Part shown: positions 26,896 to 40,800 of the stretch, piece by piece
Layout of the letters: each line of letters opens with the position of its first letter
Position numbering within the stretch: position 1 is the stretch's first letter
DNA from: Octopus vulgaris
Lineage: Eukaryota
Length of the DNA: 64,000 nt
Direction of reading: 5' to 3'
Assembly: GCA_951406725.2 (NCBI GenBank)
Contig: OX597821.1
Location: forward strand, 69,936,001-70,000,000
Notes under the pieces: generated by a model
Database searches by the model: none
What the model was told of the DNA's origin: nothing
Seen by the model: the letters and a program-made list of their open reading frames with translations, nothing else
Made by a program: the position numbers and the translations under genes

Positions 26896-27343
26896 TATAT
26901 ATGTTTGTATATATGTATGTATGCATGCATGCGCAATTTGGGACAATTAAAATAACCATGTATGTATCACACTTGATGTGTACACACTATTGATATGGTA
27001 GTGTTTGTCCTGGGATAACATCTCTTATGAACTTTGTGTCACAAACATAATAAATATGAGAGGAGTAAAAGAGGGGCAGAGACAGACAGACAGAAAAAAA
27101 TATGTCGCAGCTGCGGTCGGTCAGAGCACCAGATACATTTCGGCCTCTCCAGGCCATTTTAATGAGAGCAGACATGCAGCCAGGTCGGATAAGAATTCGT
27201 ATATCTGATATAGGGAGAGGGAAAATAAAGTCTTCACTGCTGTGGCTAATAACTGCATACTTATCTTTTCATATGCCAACCATTCGTACAAAATCTCTCT
27301 CCGCCTCTCTCTCTCTCTCCGCTCTTTATCTATCTATCTATCC

Positions 27344-27419
<76 letters not shown>

Positions 27420-27540
27420 CTCCTTTCTTCCTGGTCACTCTCATTGCGACACGGTATTACATACGCACATAAAAACGCATGAAAGTGTGTATGTAAGAAT
27501 GAAAATAAATAGACAGACAGACAGACAGATAGATAGATAT

Positions 27541-27595
<55 letters not shown>

Positions 27596-28419
27596 CATAC
27601 ATACATACATACATACATACATACATACATACATACATAGATATTCAGACACAGACATAAAAACGAAAATTAGTTAAAAGATATAAAGAACTAAAAGTTC
27701 AGACGAGAGCAAAAACAATGGAAATAGGTAGGAGAAAGAGAGTGAGAGATAGAGAGAGAGAGAGAGAGAGTAAGAGAAGGTGAGAGAGAAAGAGGGCGGG
27801 AGTGAGAGAGAAAGGAGTATAAACCAACATGGAAGATGAGCTAAACAAAGTCTTCCTATATCTGCACATAAAATTACAAAGAAGTGTGTAAAAAGCACTT
27901 AATGAAAGTCCCTGTTTGTCGGCGACGTGTTTATGGATCAGGTCCCATGACATCCTCCCGGGTTACGATCAAGGAAGACACATTATTACCGCCATCACCC
28001 TTGTCCGCTCCACCTCATGATTTCGCTCCTTGGCGCTCGTCAGTAAGCAACTGTGTACATATTTATCCGTGTCATGCGATGACGTTGATTATTATTAGCC
28101 ACTAATATATAGCTTTCTTTTCCGTTGCTCCGAAGCGAACCGAAGATGGCAACCGAAATACATCAATGAAAAAATATAAATAAATGTGTCTGTGTGTCTG
28201 TGTGTGTTTACATATGTATATATGTGTGTATATGCACATACTTATATCCTTGCATAAATATGTATAAATAAATACATGTATATATGTATACATGCATGTA
28301 TGTATATATAAGTGTGTATGCACAGATATTAACATATCTATACATATATCTATGTATATAAAGATATGGGTGTGTTTCTGTATAAATACAATGTATATAA
28401 ATGTGTATATACGCATGTA

Positions 28420-28628
28420 CGCAATGTAACTACACGTGACACGTTAGCGATTTCTTCTTCTCCTCCTTCTTTGGACTTTTCCCTTTCTCCTTTCCGACGA
28501 AGAGCCGTGCTCGAAACGTTAAACTCTCCTTTCACCGAGCGTCAACCTTATATACTTTTTGTGTACGACCTCACGCTCGTTGTTTTCTTTTCTTTTTCTT
28601 TGTCACTTTTTATCTGATTATGTATATT

Positions 28629-28632
<4 letters not shown>
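28420..28632 (+). mobile_element. PLE pseudo-LTR-like short element ending in (TA)n, containing a minimal HHR-like motif at 28491-28523
   Basis: TTT-CCGACGA-A-GAGC-cgt-GCTC-GAAA-CG-TT-AAA; family similarity to 18445-18630 and 51055-51245. Confidence 0.6.
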
Positions 28633-28681
<49 letters not shown>

Positions 28682-28693
28682 CATACATATATA

Positions 28694-30051
28694 CTAGCAG
28701 AGATACCCGGCGTTGCCTGTGTTACATGCAATTGAAGAATTAGACTTTTCCGTTATATTTTCTGCAATGAACTGTAATACCTATGTTTCGAATTATATCA
28801 AAACTGCAGATGAGGGTTTTTCCCTCTTTACACACCCTAAAAAAATTGTAATCATGACACATGTATCCCAAACTACTGATCTTTATGCGCAGATTCCAAA
28901 ATTCCAGTCTTATAGATCCTGTTAAAATGATTTTGCTCTTGAAAAATGGAGGTCATGGAGCTCTAAAATGAGGAAGTTAAGGCCCCTATTGGGGGTGGGC
29001 GTCTTAATGTCAACCAAAGAAGTCGAATTGTTCAGAATCTTTTTAACTTGGGTCTTATATCTATTGTTTGAATTTCTTTGAAATAGGAAATATATGTTCA
29101 CTGAGTTTGTAAAAGAGAGCAAAGCTACAGGAAACCAAAAGACGAATGATTACAATAAGCAGTCAGCTACCCTACCTTAGTCGTTACCACTCCCAATGAA
29201 GGATTCCTCACCATACAGTTGACAGGCACAGCCGTAAGATGCATTACAGATCAATAGCAATTGGAAGGGCGTGACCCAATTGAAATAAACATTAACAGCT
29301 GTGTGACGTGAGGGCTAAGGAGAAACGAAAGTTGGAGTTTGAAAATGACCTCTATACTGATACGTAACTGGACAGAATAAATTTACAATCTATAAATGTC
29401 TTTGAATAACCAGTCACTCATCTGGGAAGGCCTTGAACTCAATGTTACCATCTGAGGACTATGCGTGACTCAGTGATAATAAAAAGACTGAAAGGAGGTC
29501 TGCATCAATAGCTTTACTCAACACTTTGCAACTGAATCAGTGGAGGCAAAAATGCCTCTCATTTACTTGACAATTTATGCAGCACATTGCAAAAATCACA
29601 ATCTAAGTATATCTCAAAGCAAACTCTTACACTGTTGTAACATAGAATTACAAATAATGCTCATCTTTTATGCTCGGGTAACCCTATAGCTTCAAAGAGC
29701 ACAACTGTATTCGTCTTTGTTTAGATAAAATGACAAAATTGTGGGTGTTAAGTCTCCATGATAGGGTTTTTCTAACTTCTAAGAAGATGAGATTTTATAA
29801 ATATTACTTCATTTGTGTCTAATATCTATGGTTAAAATTTCATCAATAGCAAAAAATATGAATTTCCATGGGGGTTGTGGCCCTTATGCATAGAATATAA
29901 TTTCCAAATTTCGTAAAAATCCATTCAGTACTTTTGACCTAGTTCTGGATCATAAAATAAATTGACTAAAATCCCGTGTAGATCCATGAGCGTAAATCCA
30001 TAGTTTCAATCCTGCGTAGATCCACGTAGGTTAAAATCCTGATATAGTAGA
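28694..30051 (-). mobile_element. Non-autonomous Helitron-like element
   Basis: Minus strand starts TCTACTATAT.. and ends GGCAACGCCGGG hairpin + TATCTCTGCTAG|T; no TSD; 5' boundary less certain. Confidence 0.55.
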
Positions 30052-30619
30052 CATCTCAAGAAAAAAATACGCGAACAACGTTCAATAAGAGAATGGTAGC
30101 GGAAGTGGTTGTTAAACGGCAAAAGGAAAGAAAATAAAATTGAAAGAGAGGTAGATAGAGCGAGGTAGGGGGGATTGTAAGGATTGGCTATAGGATAAAG
30201 TAAGGTGCATTGGTGTATGGCATCTAAGAATTGTGTACGGGGTAGCCGAGAAGATAAGAGAGAGAATGAGGAGGTAGAGAAAGAGGTAAAAATAGAGCAA
30301 AATGAAAGCAATTTAGAGAGTAGGAGATGCCTGTGGTAGTCTTAAAGTCTAAAGTTGTTGAGGAGGACATTTAGTAGTAATTGCTTCTGTCCTTTCTGGC
30401 TAAGATCAGTGACTGCAGAGTAATTTTTAACAATGGGGTTATGTGCATGTGGGTAGTCGAGAGTGGAAGGGGTAGTTGAATGTTAAATTATTTATGAGTG
30501 GGAGTTAGAGTTATGGAGTTTGCATTAGGGGATTTATTGGGTTAAGGTTTAAAAATAAATTAAGGATAGATTAAAGAATTAATATTTATCTCATAGTGTG
30601 ATGAGGTAAGCTAGATAGA

Positions 30620-31240
30620 AATTAGGTAAGACGTAAGGTAGAAATAAGAGTCATAGAGATATGGAAGGAGTATGTGTTAATGGTCATAGGGGTTTGTATG
30701 TGGGTACTATTTGTGGTGGGGGTGAGCTTACATTTAGATTTATGAAAGAATTTAAAAGTGCGGAAAAATTTGTGCTTACACGTAGTGGAGACCTCATTGT
30801 ATTTATTGAACAATTGTGGTGAGTCGAGGGTTAGAATTTTGAGAGCTTTTTTAAGCAAAGTCTACAACTGGTGTGTTGGGCCTGATATGAGGTGCCCAGG
30901 GAAGTTTATACTGAGATGCAGCACGAAGCTTTGTCAGTGAACAGGTCGCGGAAGAATTTGTGCTTACACATAGTGGAGACCTCATTGTATTTATTGAACA
31001 ATTGTGGTGAGTCGAGGGTTAGAATTTTGAGATCTTTTTAAAGCAAAGTCTACAACTGGTGTGTTGGGCCTGATATGAGGTGCCCAGGGAAGTTTATACT
31101 GAGATGCAGCACGAAGCTTTGTCAGTGAACAGGTCGCGGTCTCAAAGCGACGAAAATATTTTGACAAATTAAACTTAAATGTTGAAGTGAATCTAACGGT
31201 TTTGTGTGTTTCTTAAATGGCTTACAAACACCTGCCAAGT
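30620..31240 (-). mobile_element. Penelope-like element 3' fragment with inverted pseudo-LTR and a 188-bp tandem duplication
   Basis: CRLC..KALKILTLDSPQLFNKYNEVSTTCKH (PLE GIY-YIG C-terminal CxxC..LNK..E..CxH pattern); 30760-30947 repeated at 30948-31135; 31118-31235 homologous to 16640-16762. Confidence 0.8.
31118..31168 (+). ncRNA. Hammerhead ribozyme-like motif with G3-C8 swapped core (second copy)
   Basis: TTTGTCA-GTGAACA-G-GTCGC-ggtctcaaa-GCGAC-GAAA-ATAT-TT-TGACAAA. Confidence 0.65.
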
Positions 31241-31341
31241 TTCTGTTTCATCTTTTCAAGGTCAATAAATAAACAACTTGTCAAGTACTGGAGTCGATTA
31301 CTCATTCCCTTCTTTCATTTTCTTTCTCCTCCCCTTCTCTG

Positions 31342-31421
<80 letters not shown>

Positions 31422-34400
31422 CTATCTCTGGATAATCTACAATGAGGGACCAAGAAAGAAGTCTTCCTATTTCTCAGCCTCACTAATAAAATGTTCACCA
31501 AAACTCTCTGGACACAACAAGAAAGAAAGAATTGAATTTGTTTTTCTTTTCTTTGCAAAGAAAATGTTAATTTATTCTTTACACAAATTCTGTTAGCCCA
31601 TTGTTCTAAACGCAACGCGGACTTGAACGTGGAACTGCTAAGTAACGAGCTACCTATCAATTAATTTTTCAGTGTGGACGAATCAACAAAAAGAGCTTCC
31701 ACATAATCTTTCGACTTGCTAATTGATTAAATTTCCTTTAGATCGCAAGCCAACTATCTTCAAAGAAAAAAAATACCCTCACTATCAACGATCTCGTTAT
31801 TTAATGCAGCTTTAAACATGGACAGTGACTGAAAGTTAGCGAAACAGAGAGAATGATTATGGTTGAAATGCTTTTGACGGTAGATCTGTTAAAAATGGGT
31901 AAATCTAAACCTAGACAACAACGACAGCGCCCACTTCACCCCGCAAAATAAGATCTCAAGACGAGGGCACCGCTGCGTGCTTAAGAGGTTCGCTTTACAA
32001 TCACGTAACGGCAGGCTCAATATCACTGCGCAATACGTCGGGCAAGTATCTTCTGTCGCTAATAATCTGAGTCAAAGCATGTTTTACGAATTAAATTGAC
32101 TACATGGAAACTGTGCTGAAGTCGGTCGGACAATGCTTGTTTTTAATTGGAGAACCGAATTCATCGCCGGGTTTTACACTCCTACCTTGTTCCTTGGGAT
32201 CCTTAGACAGGATGCAATCTTTTACAAACATGCGAACCAGGTACTCTGGTTTGAAGTTATTATATTTTACTTGTTGCTGGTGTTTTGGGGCCCTGACACT
32301 GTCACAGAGACTCATCTGACAAAGACTTAAAAACATAATGAAGATGGGTGATGTGTCACGTGGTGAAAGCCGATTAAACTGGATATAACCAGAAATCCAA
32401 ACCGTGTCACAGGTTATAGGTCACATATCACAAAATTAGATAACTACGAAAGTTTCCTAATAGTAAAACGATGATGATGATGTGGAGGAGAAGGAGGAAG
32501 ATAATAAATTTATATCAAATTAAGAGACGATAAATTGTACTCTCAAATAAATCTAACGTTTTCATTTAGTCTTCCTCTAAACACTCACACCCATACACAC
32601 ATGCACACACTCACACGCATACACTCACACTCATACATACACACATTTCTTGCATAAACACAACACCTTTAATATGAAATTGAGGAAGAAAAGCCGACAA
32701 AATCTACACCTACCCACGTATATTACTGTTATTTATTTCTTATATCCCGGAGAAATGAAAGACAAAATTTTACTTTCATCGTTGTTTATATAACTGGGAA
32801 CGGAAAACGAAGCAATTAAATGCCAACATTTTATCGTCGTTTATTAATCAGATAATGTGGCGCTAGGCCACACAGATCTGTATTGGCGTTAATAGAGTCG
32901 CTTGAATCAACCTTGATGCATTTATTACAGATGCATATATTTTGAAACATCAGAGGATGAAATGGCGAGTTTTAACGTTGTCGAGATTTGTGAGAGAGAA
33001 CGTAAAGCTACGCAATTAAAGACTGTAAGAAATTTAATCTAAAGTTAGTTCTACGAATTCTTTCTGCCGTCCTCTATCAATTTAAATATTAGATTGCTTC
33101 AAGTATTGCAAAGAATATTATCTTTGATCATTCATTCGGGTGGGCGATTCGATAAAAGTACCCGACAGCGAAGTCCGGGTTGGTTAATCTTGTCAACAAC
33201 TGCGTTGTAGCCATGCTTATAATGACACGTTCTTGCTGTCTAATCAACTTAACCGTAAATCTCCGCTAAGCATCTTCTAAGATTCTTCTTGGCCAAATAG
33301 TTAGCTTCGTCTCTTGTTATAGAAGAGGATTACAGACGAATGTATCTGTTTTTCTTTCAGAGAAGAGGGTGCCTGCCTTTTTCCATTTTTCTTTATTTTT
33401 ACTTTGAGTAGCATTCTCGGAACACCTTGTTGTACATGTTCTGGATCGCCAAGCATAAAATTGTATGTCCATACGGCACGAATGTGTATGCACAACAAGA
33501 TCAGACGAAGCTCATACGAAACGTTTGAAAGCAAGGTGTTTAACCTCGTAAATCCAATGCAGTAACTTCTTTGTTAATTCGCTTCCCAGAAGATTAGTAA
33601 AAGGATTTAATTCCGTACTTTATTGTTATTGTTTTCCTTTTGTTATTCTTATTGAGAGGACAGGAGAACGTAAAATATATTTAGCTTCAGTATGGTGAAG
33701 AATCGAACTCTCTTTCCTTGCTCTCCGGATTTGTTGACTTTTCCCCTAATTCCCTATAATTCGTGTTCTTTAGATCTAGTCGGAAGACTGATTGGTTCGG
33801 CTGGGTTGATCGACTGAGGCATAGAGCTACATTTGGCGTACACCTCGCGTAGCCTCCAAGCGATCGAGCTTCTCAATTTAATATTGAGTGCATTCCAGCA
33901 TTATTAATGTTTTTTGTGTATTTCCTTTAGTTCACTGTTACTGTATAACTAGAACAACGACGACAACAACGATAGTAACAAGAACAAAATGAACAATAAC
34001 GATGGCAACAAAAAATAACAACAACATTTATAGCTCCGACTGTTAATATTACTTCTACAAATATTATAACGACGAGAACAAGAAGAGGGGTGGGGGAGAA
34101 GGAGGAGGGGAAAGACAAAAACAAAACGAAGAATACAACAACAAAAATAACAGTATTTCCTACAAACAAACAAGCAAACAAAAATGTATGACAATGAAGC
34201 CAATAAAACAGAAATAAAGAAAGAATGTAAATTAAGATAACAATAACTCCACTGGCAAAATGGAACATCAATCATTGACAATAATTTCGAAGAAGAATGT
34301 TCTCGAAACCAATTTATCAGCGAATGAACCGCGATTATGGCCAATATTAACATTGGTTAGGGAACCGTAAAATCTCGTTAAAATATCAGACTTAATTCCG

Positions 34401-34869
34401 GTTCGGCTTTGAACTTATTTAAAAAGTTATTCTAAACACTATTCTACTTTTTCACCAATCGTCTTCTTCTTATTCTTATTCTTCTTACTTTCTTCTTCTT
34501 CTTCTTCTTCTTATTCTTCTCATTCACCTTTCTGTTCATTGTCTTCTTTTTTTTTTTTTTTACTTTTTCTTTCTCTTTCTTTTGTCCGTTCCAATTCTTT
34601 CTTGTTTCCTTGGATATTGGGAAGTTCCAGACTCGAACACAAACATTTACAAACTATTCAGTTATTTATATTTTATATTACATTTCAGCTTTTTATTAAT
34701 AGAATCAGTAAAGGCAGGGCAATATGTTGTGAAAGACGAGACGGAGATCGAGGAACGTTTACCTAAATACATTATAGATATTTCAATTTCATACTTCTTC
34801 TAAATGTGCCAAGTTCAAATCCATCCGTAGGTGAAGCTTTGTCTTTTTTTGTTCGAAAAAGATAAATTA

Positions 34870-35962
34870 CCGCATTTGCCGACGTAGAAGACGCACTTTA
34901 TTTTCAAATTCATCCAAAAATTACTCTGTCTCTAAAGCGAACTGTAATGCGGATAGGAGACAGAATGACATAGACTAGAAAGCCAAATGAACATTAGTCC
35001 GCTATATACAATAATTGCTGCCAACAATAAATACTGAAACAAAAAAACCCACAAACATCACAATCTATTGGCTTAAACTTACAAAACATTGGCGTTAGAT
35101 CGGTAGTGATGTGGCGAGGTCACACCATCTCATTATACCTCCTTTCTTAACCTACATCTGATATAAACCTCGCATTATTTAATGACTGTTACATACAAAA
35201 AAAGTATTTTTTAATTATCTAAATGAAAAATATTCCTAGGTATTTGAACGGGATTTTAAACTTTCATCCGCTTCTCAGCTATTTGCAATGAATGGATGAC
35301 GACAAAATCATAGCAGTGGTGCACCGCCTCAGTGGCTGACCGGGCTTACATAAAACATGGTGATTCTCTTCACCAAAATACAATCATCCAATTGATCTGA
35401 AAAAAGACTAAAGTTGAGATGTTGTACTCATTTAACGTAGTTTATTTACGACTCGGTTGCATTAGTTGTATGGATTCCCATGACATGATGGACTGCAGGT
35501 TAGAAGGATTGCAGTTTATATCGTCACAAATTTTCTTAATGTAGGTCTTGGCTGTCGTCTCTTGCTAGCTCTTCCCTGTCTTTAAGAATTTCGTCTTTAG
35601 TTCTCAGCAATGTCTTGTAAAGACACATCGCTCTTGGATGATGTCTGATACGAGACGAAGGTTCACATACAATCGCTTATTGATTAGACGGTCTCTCCAG
35701 GTGAGATTCGAAGCCATTCTTTTAGCATGTGAGCGTTGGCTCGATCCAATCGTCTTTCCAATTTTGAGGTAAGGGTCCATGTTAAACGGCCATGATAATT
35801 TAGGATAAATTTATAATTTCATATTTTAATCCGTTGTCACAGCAATCATACAAAAGTACTTTAAAATATTTTTCAATGTCTATGATGAAACACACTAAAT
35901 TTGTTTCTTCCCCAAAATGAACTTATAAAGCTGATGTTCGTCTTATACACCGGCAAAGTCGG
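34870..35962. mobile_element. Non-autonomous Tc1/mariner-superfamily (pogo/Tc2-like) TIR element
   Basis: TA|CCGCATTTGCCGACGTAGAAGACG ... CGTCTTATACACCGGCAAAGTCGG|TA: imperfect ~24-bp TIRs with TA TSD. Confidence 0.65.
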
Positions 35963-38036
35963 TAAATATCAAATTCTTAGCGGTTTTCAAAAAGGCAAGA
36001 ACATTGGACAGTCAGTTGAGTGTTGTCTTATCCTGTTGCTGAAAGCGTTTCCAGTTTGTGATTAACATCTTTTTTTATTATTACGTACATTTAGTAACAG
36101 CCTTTCATTCGAAGTTCAAATGCTGCTGGGAGGTAACTTGCTTCGTACTATATTTCATAATCCCAAAGTGATAAAAAGGCCACAAGACTTTCTATCATTC
36201 TGGGGTGGTAAAATAAAGTACGAGACAAGAAAAAGAGCAATTTAGTCGACTGTACTTTCTACCAAACATGTGGTCACGTGCCAATGCTAAAACTAGATGA
36301 TCAGGTGATAGTGATCGTGATGGTGGATGTGACGGCACTGACGGCAGGGGTGGAGCTGGCGGCGGCAAGGGAGTTGGGGTATACTGGCAACATCAGTAAT
36401 GATGGTGCGTAAGCTCAAGCCAGCTCTAAACAGCCAGAACTATAAATAAAGCTATTCCAGTCTTTGGGATCTTCATTTTGCTTCAATAAAATGTGAGCAG
36501 CGCGGTCATCAAAGGAGATTTTCTCTGAGGAGACATTTTATCAGACGGCAGTTTTTTTCCTCAATCTTTTCTTCTCTCAAAACACAAATCTTAGTCTGTA
36601 AAATCCTCCTTAAATACTGTTTACCAATCACGCAGCAGTTGCGACCCACGCTTAACAATGATGCAAAAATCAGGAACAAAAAATATTGCAAAGAGTTTTG
36701 TTCGACGCTCTAACGATTCTGTCAGCTTAGAGAAACATTGATCTCATCATAGGTTTCATGTAGAAATCCCGTGCAATATTGATCATCTTCCAATCTATTA
36801 CTGACAGATCCACCAGCAACAATACATAATGAATGCCCCTATCTAATGAATTTGAAAGAAAAACCAGCAACTTTGTGAATGTTTTTCGAACCCTAAGGAC
36901 TCAAAAGGCCTGTTTCCCAGTTTCCATGCCGTGCAAGGGATCGAGATCATAGCAGCTCCCCAGAACGTGCCGCCGGTCCGTTGCCAGATTCAAAGGCAGC
37001 ATTTTTGAGGAGATGGGGAAGTCGATTACATCGACCCTACCGAAGGGATGGAAGGAAAAATTGACGCCTACGTCATCTGAATTTAGAACGTAAAGAGCCG
37101 GAAGAATGGTGCTGAACACTGTGTCTGGCGCTCTAACGTTTCTGTCAGTTCACCACATGCAAACAAAATTCAAAATACATGAAAACAGAATGACCCTTCG
37201 ATCTGAAAGCTACTCCTATAATACCTAGTGCATCGTACCCTACTTATTGTCTGCTTGATTTCATTGAAATTATTTTTGAAATCGTTGTATTCGTCTATAC
37301 TGAGTCACATCCGCGGTGAAACTGATCTTCTCTCGTATCTTCCACTTTATTCATATATAAATTCTCATCTGGTTAATTTCGATGATCGATTAGAATTTGA
37401 TCAGAACTATTCCAGGTCAGACCACCCCGCCGATCTTTACTCTCGCGTATAGAACATTTAGGAATATGTTATCTAATGTATACTTGCTCACTTATTAAGT
37501 CAGTACGATGTTTATTGAGGCTGTAATTGTTGCTGTTTCTAGCTGGTTGAATGACTATGCAGAGGCCTTTATTGTTGGCTTACTGATCTTCTTATTGTTG
37601 GTGCTGTTGTTGTTGCTCAGAACAAGACCAGCTCTAATTCAGCAGACCCATAGTCAAAGGCTATTCTCCCACCGTGACCATCCCATCTTTATGCAGAGAA
37701 CTCTATATGCATACAACAATATAATGATATCTGAGGGACATTTGGCTGTTGTGTATAGCTAGCCAAGCAGCAATTTAGAGTCTCCTGTCGTAGTTCCTTA
37801 CGTAATATGGATAGAATATATTTAACAATATAACTAGAATCGCGTGGACTTGAATAAAATAGCTGATCTGATGTGTGTGATCAAAAGGGTAGGTCGTCTC
37901 GAATACATCTGTTGGAGCCAAAGAAGCAACCGTAAAGAATTGAGAAATTGGTTTGGCGAACAAAATAAATAGTTGGCGAACAGCTATTATCTTCTTATTA
38001 CGCATGTGTAATAAGAACCAACTCTGTCAGCATTTA

Positions 38037-38113
<77 letters not shown>

Positions 38114-38214
38114 GATATGATATAATATAATATATCTACACTGGTAGAGACAGTATTTCATTTTGCAACCGTAATATACTATCAAATATCAAAGATTTAG
38201 CAACCATTGTACAT

Positions 38215-38450
38215 TTATCTTTTTATCTTTCACTTGTTTCAGTCATTTGACTGCGGCCATGCTGGAGCACCGCCTTGGAGTGTTTTAGTTGATCAGATCG
38301 GCCCCAGAACATATTTTTTAAGCTTAGTACTGATGCTGTCGGTCTCTTTTATGGAACCGTTAAGTCACAAGAACATAAACCATCAACTCCAGTTTTCTTT
38401 CAATGGTGAAGAAAATAAACAGACATAAAGACACACAAACACACACAGAT
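38215..38450 (-). mobile_element. SINE family B, right half
   Basis: TTGTTTCAGTCATTTGACTGCGGCCATGCTGGAGCACCGCC. Confidence 0.8.
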
Positions 38451-38639
38451 ACGCATATATATATATACATATATATGAGTGTATATATATATAAATATAT
38501 ATACACACATATATATACATACATATATATGTCTCTAGATAGAGATGTGTATGTATATGTGCATATATGTCTGTGTGTGAGTGTATGTGCGTGCACGTAT
38601 AAACGGATAGATGTATATATGCTTATGTGTATGAAAACG

Positions 38640-38684
<45 letters not shown>

Positions 38685-39538
38685 AAATGTACGTATAAAG
38701 TCATGGATGTATGTGTCAATGTATATACGTTTGTGTATGATTGAATGCATATGTTTGTGTTTATGTGTAAGTGTGAATGAATAGGCATTCAGGGAAATAG
38801 AATTTGTCAAGAAAGATTTAATCCGTGTAATGAATTCTTAGACAAATAAATAGAATTCCCTTAATAGGAATTACTATTTTTTGGTTCACTATTCCTTTTA
38901 TATCAAAATACATACAATAGCAAATTACCTCACATACAAAGACACACACAAAGACTTACATATATGTATATGAGGTCTATGTATATATATATATATATAT
39001 ATGATATGCATATGTGTATATATATATACATATATACATGCATATATATCTTCAATTATATGTATATGTATGTATGTATGTAAGTATATATTCATGTTTA
39101 TATACATACATGTGCTTCTACAAACTACAAACCCACACATGAGTAGACAACTACCATATATATGTAAAATCACACATGTATGCATAGGTATATGCATATA
39201 TACATACATACATGCATACACACATAGACAAACACTCATAAATATCAATATATAAACATTTATTTTTTGTTGTGTGTTATCCTTGAAGGACCAATATTGA
39301 GATTTATAACAACGGTCCATATTCTGTTTCAGCTGACCTGAACAAATTATCTGTAAATCGAAGAAATAGTAATAAAGACGAACATCAAAACCCCTTGGTC
39401 TGCTGAGACACAATAGAATGACTGGTCTGTAGCCAATGGAAACGGTTAATTTAACTCGGTCCCATTGTGCTGCTTACCAATGGCACAATGCCTCGCTGCT
39501 CCTATTTGCATCTGAATCGACTAAGCACAAAAAGACAA

Positions 39539-39638
<100 letters not shown>

Positions 39639-39739
39639 ACATTTAAATCCCTCTCTTAAACTCTCGCTGTGTTTCTCACTCTCACTTTCAATGTAATATG
39701 TGTGTCCGTCTACATATCTACTTACATATAAATATATGT

Positions 39740-40799
<1,060 letters not shown>

Positions 40800-40800
<1 letters not shown>

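Noticed and set aside
28135-28170. CCGAAGA-TGGCAACC-GAAA (similarly CAGACGA..GAAACGTT at ~33500 and the GGTC/GACC hairpin at ~26275)
   Set aside because: Helix I or II unsupported; compatible with chance or heavy decay.
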